A DNA stretch of 63,994 bases, filler included, from Basidiobolus ranarum (taxonomy: Eukaryota), in assembly GCA_040143965.1 (NCBI GenBank). It is 4 parts of 4 records of this genome, joined end to end, with 100 filler letters (N's around TTAATTAATTAA, not from the genome) between each part and the next. Parts side by side here need not be neighbours in the genome. Positions count along the whole stretch, not along the records: positions 1 to 16,567 come from JASJQH010000338.1; positions 16,668 to 33,204 come from JASJQH010000339.1; 2 more parts are not named here. The stretch is one strand, 5' to 3'. A model generated the notes under the pieces. That model was not told where the DNA came from. It searched no databases and saw only the letters and a program-made list of their open reading frames with translations. This document shows positions 12,788 through 24,447 of this stretch, in pieces. The position numbers and the translations under genes are program-made. Numbering within the stretch: position 1 is the first letter of the stretch; every line of letters starts with the position of its first letter.

Positions 12788-14748
12788 GAGCTAATATATT
12801 CCAAAAGATTGTATCTTTAAGTTCAAAAAGCTAATGAAGAACCCGAAAGTTTCCAAATGGGGAAGCAGTAAGTTAAAAATGATGGATTCAGTGAATACAC
12901 AAATTCGTCACTGATCAGAGAAAAGTGATGAAGAGAGCGAAGGGGAAGGAGAGTATGGATGCAATGAAAAGAAAGGACGGGGAGTCACGCTTTTATTAGC
13001 GAATTTTGGTCAAATAGATGTAAGCAACAATGCGCATACACACACACCTGTAATCCAGGAAAGTGGTTAGACAATAGTGATTTCGGAAGTAGAAGACTCA
13101 TTTAACAATAATGATCACCAACTCGACTGTGCCTAGCTCTAAGATGATTGAATTTTGTTGCTTACTTAATTGAGCCCGGCTACTTTGGGATAGTGAAATA
13201 ACGAAACCAAAAGAATGGATCAAGCCGCTGCCGATGAGTGAATTTGGTAAGGGTTCTTTTTATATGGTATATTTAGCAACACTAAGAGTTTGACATCCAC
13301 CTCTTTTTCGCAACAGAAGTTTCGAGTGGAATGCTTGACATTGTGTGGCAGTGATATTTGAGATCTATCAGCTTAGGACACCGCTCACATATGACTGAGA
13401 AGGGAGCTGTTACAGCTTTTGAACGATTCAATACTAGACCCCCTATCTTACATAACGCTGCATCGGTAATTAAATGAGACAAAAGATACTAGCTCTACAC
13501 AGCATCACCTCAGCCTTTCAGATTGATCAGAAACTGTTGATCATATTTTTCGTCGAATTGGCAATTCAGACAAACGATGCATATATTTACTAAATAAAAC
13601 TCCATTGACGAATTCGAGAATTTTGGATTCCCAAGCCTTGCTGATCATCACATGCATTGGCAATTAACTCAAAACTCATCTGGGATTTGTCGTCATTATT
13701 TGTCTAATGTAGTAGAGGTTTGCCGAGAGACGGCTTCCTGATGATGACGGTATTTCAACATAGTACTCTTCATCCAGCGCCATAAAGGTATGCTGGTAAT
13801 ATACACCTTCTGGTCTGGTGAGTTCATGTACAGTAAAATAGGATATCAATGAATGGGAGGATACATCTATGTTTTAAAATAGTCACATATATATCGTACA
13901 CACTGATTGGGGCGCAGCTCAAACAGCTTTAATCTTTTAACGATTCAGGTACTTTGGGACACTTCCTGTATGCTTTCGCCCCAGTGTACTCCATATGTAT
14001 AGCCAGACAGAGCTCTATTGCTTCAGTTGTCGAATTCTTCACGGTTCAGGTTAATGTTAATATGGACGAGTATTACAGTGCCAATCAAATGTAAGGTTTT
14101 TACAGGAAGGGCTCACAATGGGATGCAAGATCGGTATCAATACCAGAATCATTCGATACACAAACCAAGCCTCAATCATGATATCCCCAAATTATTAACT
14201 GAGAATGAGGTGGAAATCCGGCGCACGCTACACCATTTGGGAGCATAGCCTGAACCATAGAGGATGTAAATATTCCAGCGCTTCTTCCCTGCTCCATTAG
14301 AGAAAGAATGTAAATCTGCAACCCATCACTCCGTAGACAATCAAGTATAGTTTGATCTACGTAATCAAGCCTAGTCTGCAAAAATCTACTAACTACAGAA
14401 ACATACATACAGTCTTTACAATGGATCTGGAGATTACGGGCAATATATCAATGTTACCATGTGCCCAATTTATATGTCTGAAAACATCCAACTTCAACTT
14501 TCACATCAAGTGCATCTCCATTTGTACTTCATGCATATTCGGATCATATGGTAATAGGCTAACCCCTTACGAATCAAGATCAACAAAGAAAATGGAAAAA
14601 ATAATCAAATTAAAGGAGGCCAGATGAACTGTCTAAGTAGTCTAAGTCAAGTTTTTTCGAATAACTTTATCCGTAAAAGTGTATTACCCGTTAATCAGCT
14701 CGATTCATGGATTAAACTTAATTTTCATTTTGGGCTTTCTTATTCATC

Positions 14749-15560
14749 ATGGCTACTGAAATTCAATCGAATTTATTTGGAATAACTCCTTAGTGAGTGA
14801 TTCTTTTACACCCTTATCACTAGTATCTTTGGTGGTGTCGCTGGTTTTCATGATTTATATAGACCAACCGGTTGTACTCTTCAAGCCAATATCTTGGGCA
14901 CCTGGCATAGTCACTTCATTCTTGAGGAAGATGTGTTGGAGCTGGACTACACCATCGTAGCATATTCAGAGGGTACCTAGAAAAATAATGCCGCCGTAGC
15001 TACCAAATTGGACGAAAATGTAAAGGCTAAGTATGAACAAATATGTCATAAAGCCGCCAGAAACTGGTAATGATTGAGCATGTCGAATTTAATATCTTTG
15101 CGCATTACGTTGATCCTCTTGATAAGAATCATAATTGTTTTACTGAAATCAAAAACCAAAAGCTCAGACTTCTACCTGCTTCTGTTCAGCTTGAAGGGCG
15201 TACTACCAAAATGCATAGTATCGACCGAATAACCATTAAAGAGCATATATGTGATTGTACTCCCAATGTCATTGAGCCATCTTTCGGTATTGGTCGTATC
15301 TTGTATTCTTTAATAAAGCACACTTATTAGACTTGTGGCGATGTCGAAGAAAGATAAATTCTCGATTGGCGTTGCTCTCTTCAAATGTTTGGTTCTCTCT
15401 ATCCGCGACCAAGCTGAATTCCAGGGACCTCTTCAAAATTTGACTAGTAACTTTCGATGATTAGGAATCTCATCCAAAGCGACGATTCCTCCGCTTCTAT
15501 TGGTCGTTGTTATGCTCGTAGCAGCGGACTTGAAGCTCCATATGCCATTGATTTCCACCA
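14749..15560 (+). pseudogene. Decayed eukaryotic-type glycyl-tRNA synthetase (GRS1/GARS) pseudogene
   Basis: Fragments FFYT..IFGGVAGFHD, GCTLQANILGTWHSHFILEEDVLELD, TPNVIEPSFGIGRILYSL, DDSSASIGRCYAR match eukaryotic GlyRS, with stops, frameshifts and large deletions (no LRPETAQG). Confidence 0.88.
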
Positions 15561-16054
15561 TGTAATTATCGAAATATCACTCCTCTTCTCGCATGGTAGC
15601 AACTAAAATTCAGATCGACAGTATAAGCTATTTTAATGATTTACTCGAAGAATGTAAATCACGAAGTCGAAATAACCCTCAGTACACCATTGTTTCTAAT
15701 CCTTATATGCTCCAATTCTAGGATCTAAACGTAATAGAGTCTCTCAATTACAAAAGCAAGGAAAATCTTTATCCAAGTCAAGAGGGCATTTTAAATATAA
15801 AGGGATGATACTAAGATCTGTTAAGAAATAGTGACTCGCACGATGGAAAAAATCTTAGTTTCTTTCTGTTTGAACCTGTTTAAGGTTTTATTTATCTCGT
15901 GGTAGTAAGCTTCCAAGGGATTTCCATCCAGCCAAGAGTAGTTTTCTCTTGAAACAACTTGATGTCCGTATCATAAGGGGGTAATAAAGTAGCTACATAA
16001 ATTATATATCGAATCTACAGTTTTGAGATGTTTACAAGAAAGGAGAGAAACTGA

Positions 16055-16538
16055 CTAAAAAATGCCTCTTGAAAATGATACAAATAGAGAAAGAAAAAAA
16101 GTGAATAGAGGATTCAATATGATGATACTTGATGCATTTGAGGCGTTAGCATCAAATAGAGCGATAGGATCACCAACACTGAGTCTGATGTTTTTGTAGT
16201 AAGTGTAAGTATCGGCTGGCGTAGCATAATCAGGAGTATTTCCACCAAAGAACGTAGAGAACATTATACTGGAAATGCCGATTCCTTTTTCTTTTCTGAA
16301 AGGTATTTCCCTAATGTCTAGCCAGAGAGTGTCGTTCAGATACAGTTGTATAATACCATCTTCCTTACCAATAGTGTTTACTTGAATATAAAGAGCAACT
16401 CGATTCCAAGCACCTTTGTTAAAATCAAAGCCTCTACCAATACTTTGCCCATAAACATCATTACAAGTGATCATTGGATGAGAGCACAGCTTATCTTGAT
16501 TAGATATTGGAAACCGGTAATGCGCAACCATAGTATCC
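16055..16538 (-). CDS. Polysaccharide lyase family 14-like protein, last exon only (5' part lost in gap)
   Basis: CNDVYGQSIGRG, GAWNRVALYIQVNT.GKEDG, IMFSTFFGG motifs typical of PL14; hydrophobic C-terminus after NASNASS. Confidence 0.8.
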
Positions 16539-16567
16539 TGAAGAGAAAAATCTAACAGTAATGAATC

Positions 16568-16667
16568 NNNNNNNNNNNNNNNNNNNNNNNNNNNNNNNNN
16601 NNNNNNNNNNNTTAATTAATTAANNNNNNNNNNNNNNNNNNNNNNNNNNNNNNNNNNNNNNNNNNNN
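16568..16667. other. Assembly gap with synthetic TTAATTAATTAA linker
   Basis: N-run, 12-mer at 16612-16623 with stops in all six frames, N-run. Confidence 0.97.
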
Positions 16668-17751
16668 TTTGTTGCGGAAAACGGTTTCGGTTGGTCCTTG
16701 CCAACGATCCGGAAATCTATTCAGTACTGGATCATCAGAAGGACCCCAGTAGAATCGGATCTCTTTGCTACGAGTTTACAGACCGGGTCTCGTTATTGAG
16801 TCATCAGGTTTCGACTCAGCTGGTACATGAGCCCTTACTCAACCTCACTAAGCAAAGGTGATTAAGTGTGTATTGAACTTAAACAATCTCACTAATTGAG
16901 ATCAGACTGGTCCTGAGTCCGGATTTTGCCCAGGCTATAATTGCAAGGTTTCAAGTGCTCACAAAATAACAAAAGATACTGATCGATGTCTAAGACAGCT
17001 ACTGCGTCTACCGTCACTTCAATTCCTATGTTGCTACAGATACCTGAATACCGCGTCATCTGGGGGCCAAGATTCCCTATTTTGTAGGAAACCAGCAACG
17101 CCAAACGAGTTGCGCTGCATATCGTCTTGGCTCTTTTAACAGGCCTGCGTATTGCCTTTAACAGCATTAACACCTTGGCCCGTACAAGAAACTCGCAAAC
17201 CGGTGAATGCTACAAATGAAACTGAAGATGCGATCTCTGCCAGGATTCCATAGAATTCTCATTTGAAGTGATGATTTTCTGATACAAACAAAGCAACCAA
17301 TCGTCTGTTTGCTATATTAAAGTTGCTGGTCTCAATTCCAAAAGAGGCAGTACGTTGTTGACAACTGAGCAGTATTAATAGAATCGTGATCACATTACCT
17401 CTCGAAACAGTCGATTTCTCGCGTGGCTGTTGCCCAAGTGATTTCCTATACTTGCTGGGCTTGTCATACCATTACCATGGTTATCGACTAAATCAAAGGT
17501 TGCGGGCTAAGCTATCAAGATATCAATTATCCAGACAGTCCTACTACGGATTCACATGGACCTTCTAAATAGAATTAGGCAGTTACTGAACCAATATACG
17601 GATTTAGTAATATAACGGACGTTCCTATTGTTGACTACGTATTAAAACTTCTTGATCCATTGAAGGAAAACTCACCTTACTCTGTGGTCCCTGTTTTAAT
17701 CCTTTGTAACTTGCTGGCCAGTCGAAAAAACTTTACACTTTGTCCACAAAA

Positions 17752-18275
17752 ATGTAAGATTGCTCTTAAGATTCATTCACACATGTCTAAATCTCACCAA
17801 ATTTACTTCTGATAGGTCTTCCCCTTACGATTCAACTCCTAATGGCGAATCAAGCCCTCAGCCAGGTGGTAATAAAGCCAAAATTGTTCAGCAACAAGTT
17901 GATGATGTAGTGAACATTATGCAAGAAAATGTAAACCGAGTTATGGAACGTGGAGAACGTCTAGATACCCTCAATGATAAAGCTGGTAAGTTGAGCCGAA
18001 CCAACAGTTTCACTTAACTAGCGACTGAAGTTATCTATTTTTTATAGAGGACCTTGAATCTGGCGCTCTTCAATTCCGTCGCGGCGCCAATCGCGTTCGT
18101 AAAAATATGTGGTGGAAAAACTTCAAATTGAAGCTTATAATCATAGCCATTGTGATAATCGTCGCTTTAGCCATTATCAGTAAGCATAAATTTTAAAAAC
18201 ACATTCGCATTCCCTTTTGAACTTTGACTCATAAAACCTTATCTTCTAGTCCCTCTAGTGATCAAAAACAAATAA
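17752..18275 (+). CDS. SNC1: Synaptobrevin/VAMP R-SNARE (Snc1/Snc2-like); 4 exons
   Basis: Exons 17752-17753, 17816-17985, 18048-18179, 18250-18275. VQQQVDDVVNIMQENVNRVMERGERLD, MWWKN and a C-terminal TM helix. Confidence 0.93.
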
Positions 18276-20515
18276 AGGTCTACGTGGAATCGCCATGACC
18301 TAGATAGACTCTTTATCACAACTCGTGTCGTTTTCTTTGCGATCTCCTCACAACAAACGAAAACATTCAACCATACTTCCGAATTCTACCGTATATCTTT
18401 TTATTTAAGTCCCCAAATTCTTTACTGTGTATGATATCATCGTGTCTTCATTTCAACTTTAATGAGAGCAGTTATTCTTGTCAACAGCCTATATTCTTGA
18501 TGTAATAAATAAAACTCTTTGGAAGGCCCAAATCCAACAATCTTCCGTTGTGTCGTTTAGGCAAACAATCCAGCCGAACCATGTGTGGTATCTACCGTAG
18601 TTTTGCTCTTGACCTTGGATCAAAATAAAAGGCTCCAGTAAACACCTTAGGGTTAGTACACATGCATCTGGCAATAGGCCACTATCAGCATGTTCTATGA
18701 TCGTTGGTATCTGGAGTGTATCCCTACATGATGGTATCTGATTGTCGAAATTTAGGGGCCAATACTTTGGACTCATAGTTCGATCACATGAATGTTTGTA
18801 AGAGATATTGAGAACTAGAGTCTAGACTCTAATGATGACTTCTCCATACCTAATATCTCCATTTTAACCCCAGTGTGTGCATATCAAGGGCAGCATGCGG
18901 ATGAATCACAGCCAACATATGCTCAATGGACCTGAAAACACCTCATTGATCTCGAATCTGGAATCCCTAGTTATTGTTTAATCAGCTCAATGTATTTTGA
19001 CCAATGTTTCAGATATCTTAATATCCTTTCGGAAGAGGAATCTGAAGTTGCTGAACAAGGCTTCGGTTAAAGGGTGCTTGTTTCACTGGAAGGGTAAATT
19101 GATGATTCAATGGAAATCAATGAGAACCCATAGGGTCGTTTGTTCAATTGTCTTTTGAGACTACTGTGCAAATCTTCAATAAATTACATGAATAATTAAA
19201 AATCGTGTAGATGCGCTCAAATGTAGTGCAATATGTATTGATCTAAGCACCCTTGCCTGAGTGTTAACTTGGTGCTTACTACATCAAGACCTGACCTGGT
19301 CAAAGCAACTGTTGTAGTTCTTTTCATTGAACAGTCGAATGGAGTTGATTTCATATGGAAAACGTACCTCAACGATTGGAACTGTCTCATCTATCTTGAT
19401 GCTAATATCTTTCTCACTCTAGTGATCTTCTGGAATTCTTTGTTCTGTATCATCTGAATCTTGTACATTTACTCTCTGCTCAATAATATGTGTAGAGACG
19501 AGGTAAAATGGCTCAACAAAATGAAACACACCATAGCACAGTACATCCTTGTCAGATCGGAGAAAAGGCTGACTATGTCAATTATGCCGCACATTTAACC
19601 TGAGAACACCAGCACTTCAACTGGCCTACTGCCAGTTTTTGTCCAAGGAAACTCTAATCTTTCTACATTTAGTGTTAAGTGATGGTAAGGTTTCCAAATA
19701 ATCTGGACTATGATGTAGTCTACACAATGTCTTTTAGAACAGTCTCTATTTATTGGCAATATGTTATCACCTTCGTATTACTGATGGTACCTTCTTGATA
19801 GTTTATTTACATTCATCAAATACTCGTAAAATTTACTACCACACATAAGTTCGAAATTTTGTCTACAACATTTCCCCCTCAATAGTATGAAAAAACGCAA
19901 CATATAAAGGATTACGCTCGCCATGTAGACACTGATAAAGCTTAATAAATTGAATTGAACTATAGTATGGGCTACAATAATTTGTCTAAACCGATATGAC
20001 GAAATGCTTGCCTCTTATTACAATATTAAATGACATGAGAATGGTGTCGTCTTAGAGTCTGAAAGCCTCATATTTCCTTGGTGCATTACAGTTCCTCTAG
20101 CCTGGACGGCTTCTCTCCAATGAAAAGTGGAATGCTCGTAGTCACCAATCAAAATCTATGAATTGATTGACATAGTATGAGTGAAACAATTTCTCATTAT
20201 GGACATAAGGAAAAAAAGGGAGAAGTACAAGTAGAAACATAACCTTTCAATGCTTTATATTTAATCGAAAGCTCACTTTGAAAGCAGCATTGTCATCAAT
20301 GTTTCCCATTTCCTCAATGAAACATGCATTAATGCATCATTTCGAGATTAATTTCTTTTATATTTTTTTCTTTCTTGCGCTGACTTTTCTTTGAGCTGCC
20401 AACCTATCTTTCACGTGTTATTATTGTTCCTCTGTTTGTTTATTTTTCTTCATACAAGGATTTTTCAATATCACCAAGAGCTTAATTCAGAAACAATAGT
20501 GCATTGTCCTTCACC

Positions 20516-23500
20516 ATGTCCTATTCATTAGACTTTGATTACTCTAAAATATTCACAAAAGATATTTTGGAAACTCGTTCAAATATTGACGAATTTCTTC
20601 ACATCGTAACCGACGTAGATGAGAATCCAAAAAGTATTCATGCTTTCCTACCAAAACTTTGTTCGGCTGTTTTTGGTTCTCGTGAAAAAAGGTACTTTTA
20701 TAGTTGATTGTCTAAGAACCCTTACTGGAATGCTTATTTAAATATAATATTCAGAGGTTGGTTACACCGTCGTCTCACTCGCCAAGAAGAGAAAGCTATT
20801 TACGACTTGCTGCGACCCTCTTCACGCCTCTTCAAAGCCATAGTTCGCTTTCATACAGAACGAAATTTACTCTACGAGATTCTGCCGGATCGCTTACCTG
20901 TATACTAATTCAGTGAACCTAAATTTTAAGCTAATTATTAACGCGAATATTTTCACTTCGATTGTAGAGATCCATTCAAAACTCACTCACCTCTAACTCG
21001 TATGATACACTTCCGAATTATTACCGCGGTAAAGTTCAATTCGCCGACTCAAACCTAAATCAAACGAATTCCTCTTTATCAGGAAATGTAAAAAATGACG
21101 GAGTAAAGCTCATGTTCAGTATCCTTACTTACTAACAAAAATATCAATGATTTTATTGACTATCAACTTTTGTATTTTCCTTAACCAAACTTCTCAGACA
21201 TGCTTGAGTATTATTTGTTTTGCTTTTGCTACGTGATGACCGTGGATTTTCCTAACCAAGGTACCTCTCAATGGAGTAAGCCTGCTGTAATGGTATGTTC
21301 AGTTTCTTGTTCTTTGAGTACGCATAGCACACTAACCAAAAAAAAATTGTGTGTCTATACAGCCTGAAACCAACGATATGTACTCGCTTCATAACAACGT
21401 TGGGAGCTTCCCACAAACTATGGATAATAATGCTCAATATCAGCACAATATGCAAGCACAGAATGTGTATATCGAACTATTGCATGGATACATGGAATAT
21501 TTCATTCCCTATGGACCTCAAAAAGAAAAAACACAAAGAGACGGAGAAAAGTAAGTATTTACAACTTCCATGAACTTAAAGCCAGTACTTATCTTTCAAT
21601 CTAGAATTCAGCGTCCTTCCTACAATATCTTCACTGATAGGTAATGCTTCCATACATAAAAATGATTCCCTTAGTTTTATAACTCACATCCGTTTCATCC
21701 CATTAGCAATGTTAATTTTTCAGGAATGAAGAATGTAGAGTCTTCATTGGCATTGTCTGAATTTTTTGTAGGCACAGTATCTGAGCTTTGGTTCAAATAC
21801 TCAGAACGTTTCGAAGGCACTCGTGGGCGTCGTGCTTCATTCTCATCGGTTTGTATTTTTTCAATGTCGATGAAAGCTACCTAAAATATGCAACTTATGA
21901 TTTCTGTGTTTGAAAGATCAATCAACGCCCTTCAGTTGACTTGCTCCAGTGTATTAGCGATTTCATCAATCATTTAATTGGGGCCGATCTCAGATTTTCT
22001 TTTGCTCCCACCGAGGGAAAACTATGGGATAGCGATGATGGCGAGTTTTATCTACTTGTGAAGAAGTAATGGGTCATTGATTTTTGTCAAATTGAGAATT
22101 GTTACTCATTAATGTCAACTGTAGGACTGCTTATCATACATTACACCCACATCTGTACCAATTCCTTAAATCTTCAATGTCGTGGTGGCTGCTAGATGAT
22201 ACTTTTACCAATGTAAAATCTGCTTTATTTCATTAAGCGTGAGTTGATGTCTAATTGAGCATTTCTAATCCTACCGCAGATTGTAGATATTTGGCTGAAT
22301 TATATCTCACCTTGGGGATCTACCGGTCCGGCAGATAAAGACAAAGTCCTTAGCAAAGATTGGTAACTACTGATTCTGCGTCTTGTTTTACTTTATGGCC
22401 ATATTCATAATGTCGTAATTCGAATAGGATCCCTTTCATATTGGATAACTTTCTTTTCTACACCGAGATTTTCCGGAGATTTTTGGAACGTGCTGCCGAC
22501 TTAGAAATTGCAGAACCTGTTGATTTAGACGGAGATAGAAAATATTATGGCGCTCATCCTAGTCAAGGAGTAATTGCCAAACTTTCCCCCAAATCCAATG
22601 TCAGAATGATCAGAAGAGTTCTCAAATTATTCCGTACAATAGGTTTACACGAATACCTTCGTGGAAGTATGTAATTCATCACAGCTTCTCCAAATGTTAG
22701 CACTTTAACTAATGAACTTCTAGTCGAGTTGTTTATCATGTCACCCGATTATGCCTCTTCGTATCCCACGAACCTTTATCGCCATCAAAATTCACAATTC
22801 CCACAGGCAGATCCGCTTGCTCAATTTGGTTTGGACTCTAAACTGTTGAGTATGTATGGAGCTACTGTCAGACAACACATCAATAATTTAGAAGGTCCAC
22901 AATTTGAGTATAAACCAATTTTCCACGACTCGACAAAAGATACCGTAAGCAAACATATTCCTGATATTCAGTGTCCCCACTATTTACTCAACGACTTGTG
23001 GTCATACCTAGATCAAAATTCTTATTGCCAAGATTACTGTAGCCCTCGAGAAGCGTAACAAAATCTTGAACCCCGAGGCTCAACCAGCTCATCATGAATC
23101 TCAAAGTCTGTACCACAAAATCTTTGATTTTACCAAAAAAGCGGTTCAAGGAAACGATGAAGAAGCGTGGAAAGGCAGTTTAGTAAGACAAAAAGCCCGC
23201 CTAGAGACCATTTTAAGATTGATTGGCGAGCTCTTTGATGTATGCAATTGGAATTTTGCTCAACTCACTTTACAAATAGAAGTCTGACCTTCATGTTTTG
23301 ATTAGATTACCGATAAAGATTGGCAAGATTTGAATTTATCTCCTTCACTTGCCAATTTGCAAATCACCCCTGGTGTTCAAACTCCTGAATTCTTTTCTGA
23401 AGACCCCACGCATTTGACTCAACGAGGACGGACACAGGTACATCTCTATGTATTTCATGCACAGCCCCCGAAAACACTTTCTTAACTATAACTCCTTAGG

Positions 23501-23860
23501 TTAAGCTTGGTCTCCGCAAATGCTCCAAATACGATGTTCCAATTATTGGAGATAGAGGAGATTTGATTGTTAGATCCTACGAAAGTGCTACCTTGGTGGA
23601 TCTCACTCGCTGGTTAGATATGCATGCTGACCACTATGTAAGTTTAGTAATTCGCTTTTCTTGAAACGTTCCACTTATGAACCTTTGTTTTATAGTACAA
23701 AGAATTAATTCGATACCTGATCGAACAAAAGCAAATCCAAGTACCACAGAGCCTTCGCACTTTTCCATTTTCATTCCGTTTCTTTGCGGCTTACCCGAAT
23801 CTACTGTTTTTATTCATCTCTTGGTTATTTTATCGAATCTTTTGTTTTATCTTCTTCTGA
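20516..23860 (+). CDS. SMPD4: Sphingomyelin phosphodiesterase 4 (SMPD4/nSMase3)-like protein, many exons
   Basis: Spliced motifs FLPKLCSAVFG, GW, FNMLEYYLFCF, DIWLNYISPW, DNFLFYT, LTQRGRTQVKLGLRKC, VRSYESATLV, FRFFAAY and a C-terminal TM segment match the SMPD4 family layout. Confidence 0.8.
21119..21197 (+). other. U12-type (minor) GT-AG intron in SMPD4-like gene
   Basis: 5' site GTATCCTTAC, branch TTCCTTAAC at 21177-21185, CAG at 21195-21197; splicing gives MFNMLEYY. Confidence 0.92.
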
Positions 23861-24447
23861 ATGCTTTCCCTTACACTTTTGAATTTATTAGCTATTTTAG
23901 TCACAACCTTCCTCCAAACCCACATATTTAAACGTTCTTGTATGGGTTAAATTCACTTTTTCAACCTTTAAACAGTAAAGCATATGTTGATGTGCCAATG
24001 AGAGTAGAAACCATTTCTATTTTTATAACTTGCCTAGCAAAACGCACTGGTTGCAGCTTCTTGTTTCCATTTGTATTGGAATTGATTTAAAGTTCAGTGC
24101 ATTCATGAAAGAAAAAGGGATGGAGCCACGAACCCACTTTAATAGTTAGTGTTTGTTGGCCTCTTGTAAAGACAATTTCACCAACATTTTATCGAGCGAA
24201 CTCGAAGAAAACCATGCGCTTTAATACGTAGGTCGGGTCTTGCCTAAAAAATCCGAAGGGTTTATTAGGGATAATTAAAATAGATTTCATGAAAATAATT
24301 TGACTAAATATTAATTCCCGAGTAAACCAAACTCTACCATCTTCCTAAAATAGGACCAAACCTATCTTCTGTCTTAAATTATTTGACAAGGAAAATTTCT
24401 ACTTCAACTTTGTTCAAGAGGTTAAGCCACTCTAGTAAACTGTAGCC

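Noticed and set aside
13740-14600. Coding-like fragments on the minus strand (e.g. HTFMALDEEYYVEIP)
   Set aside because: Many stops and no family recognised; may be a pseudogene but cannot be supported.
16612-16623. Palindromic TTAATTAATTAA repeated three times in the window
   Set aside because: Synthetic scaffold linker flanked by Ns, not biological.
24435-24445. GTAAACTGTAG as an 11-nt intron that would fuse the presequence-like peptide to GlyRS
   Set aside because: It restores frame but is far below plausible spliceosomal intron length and has no branch site.
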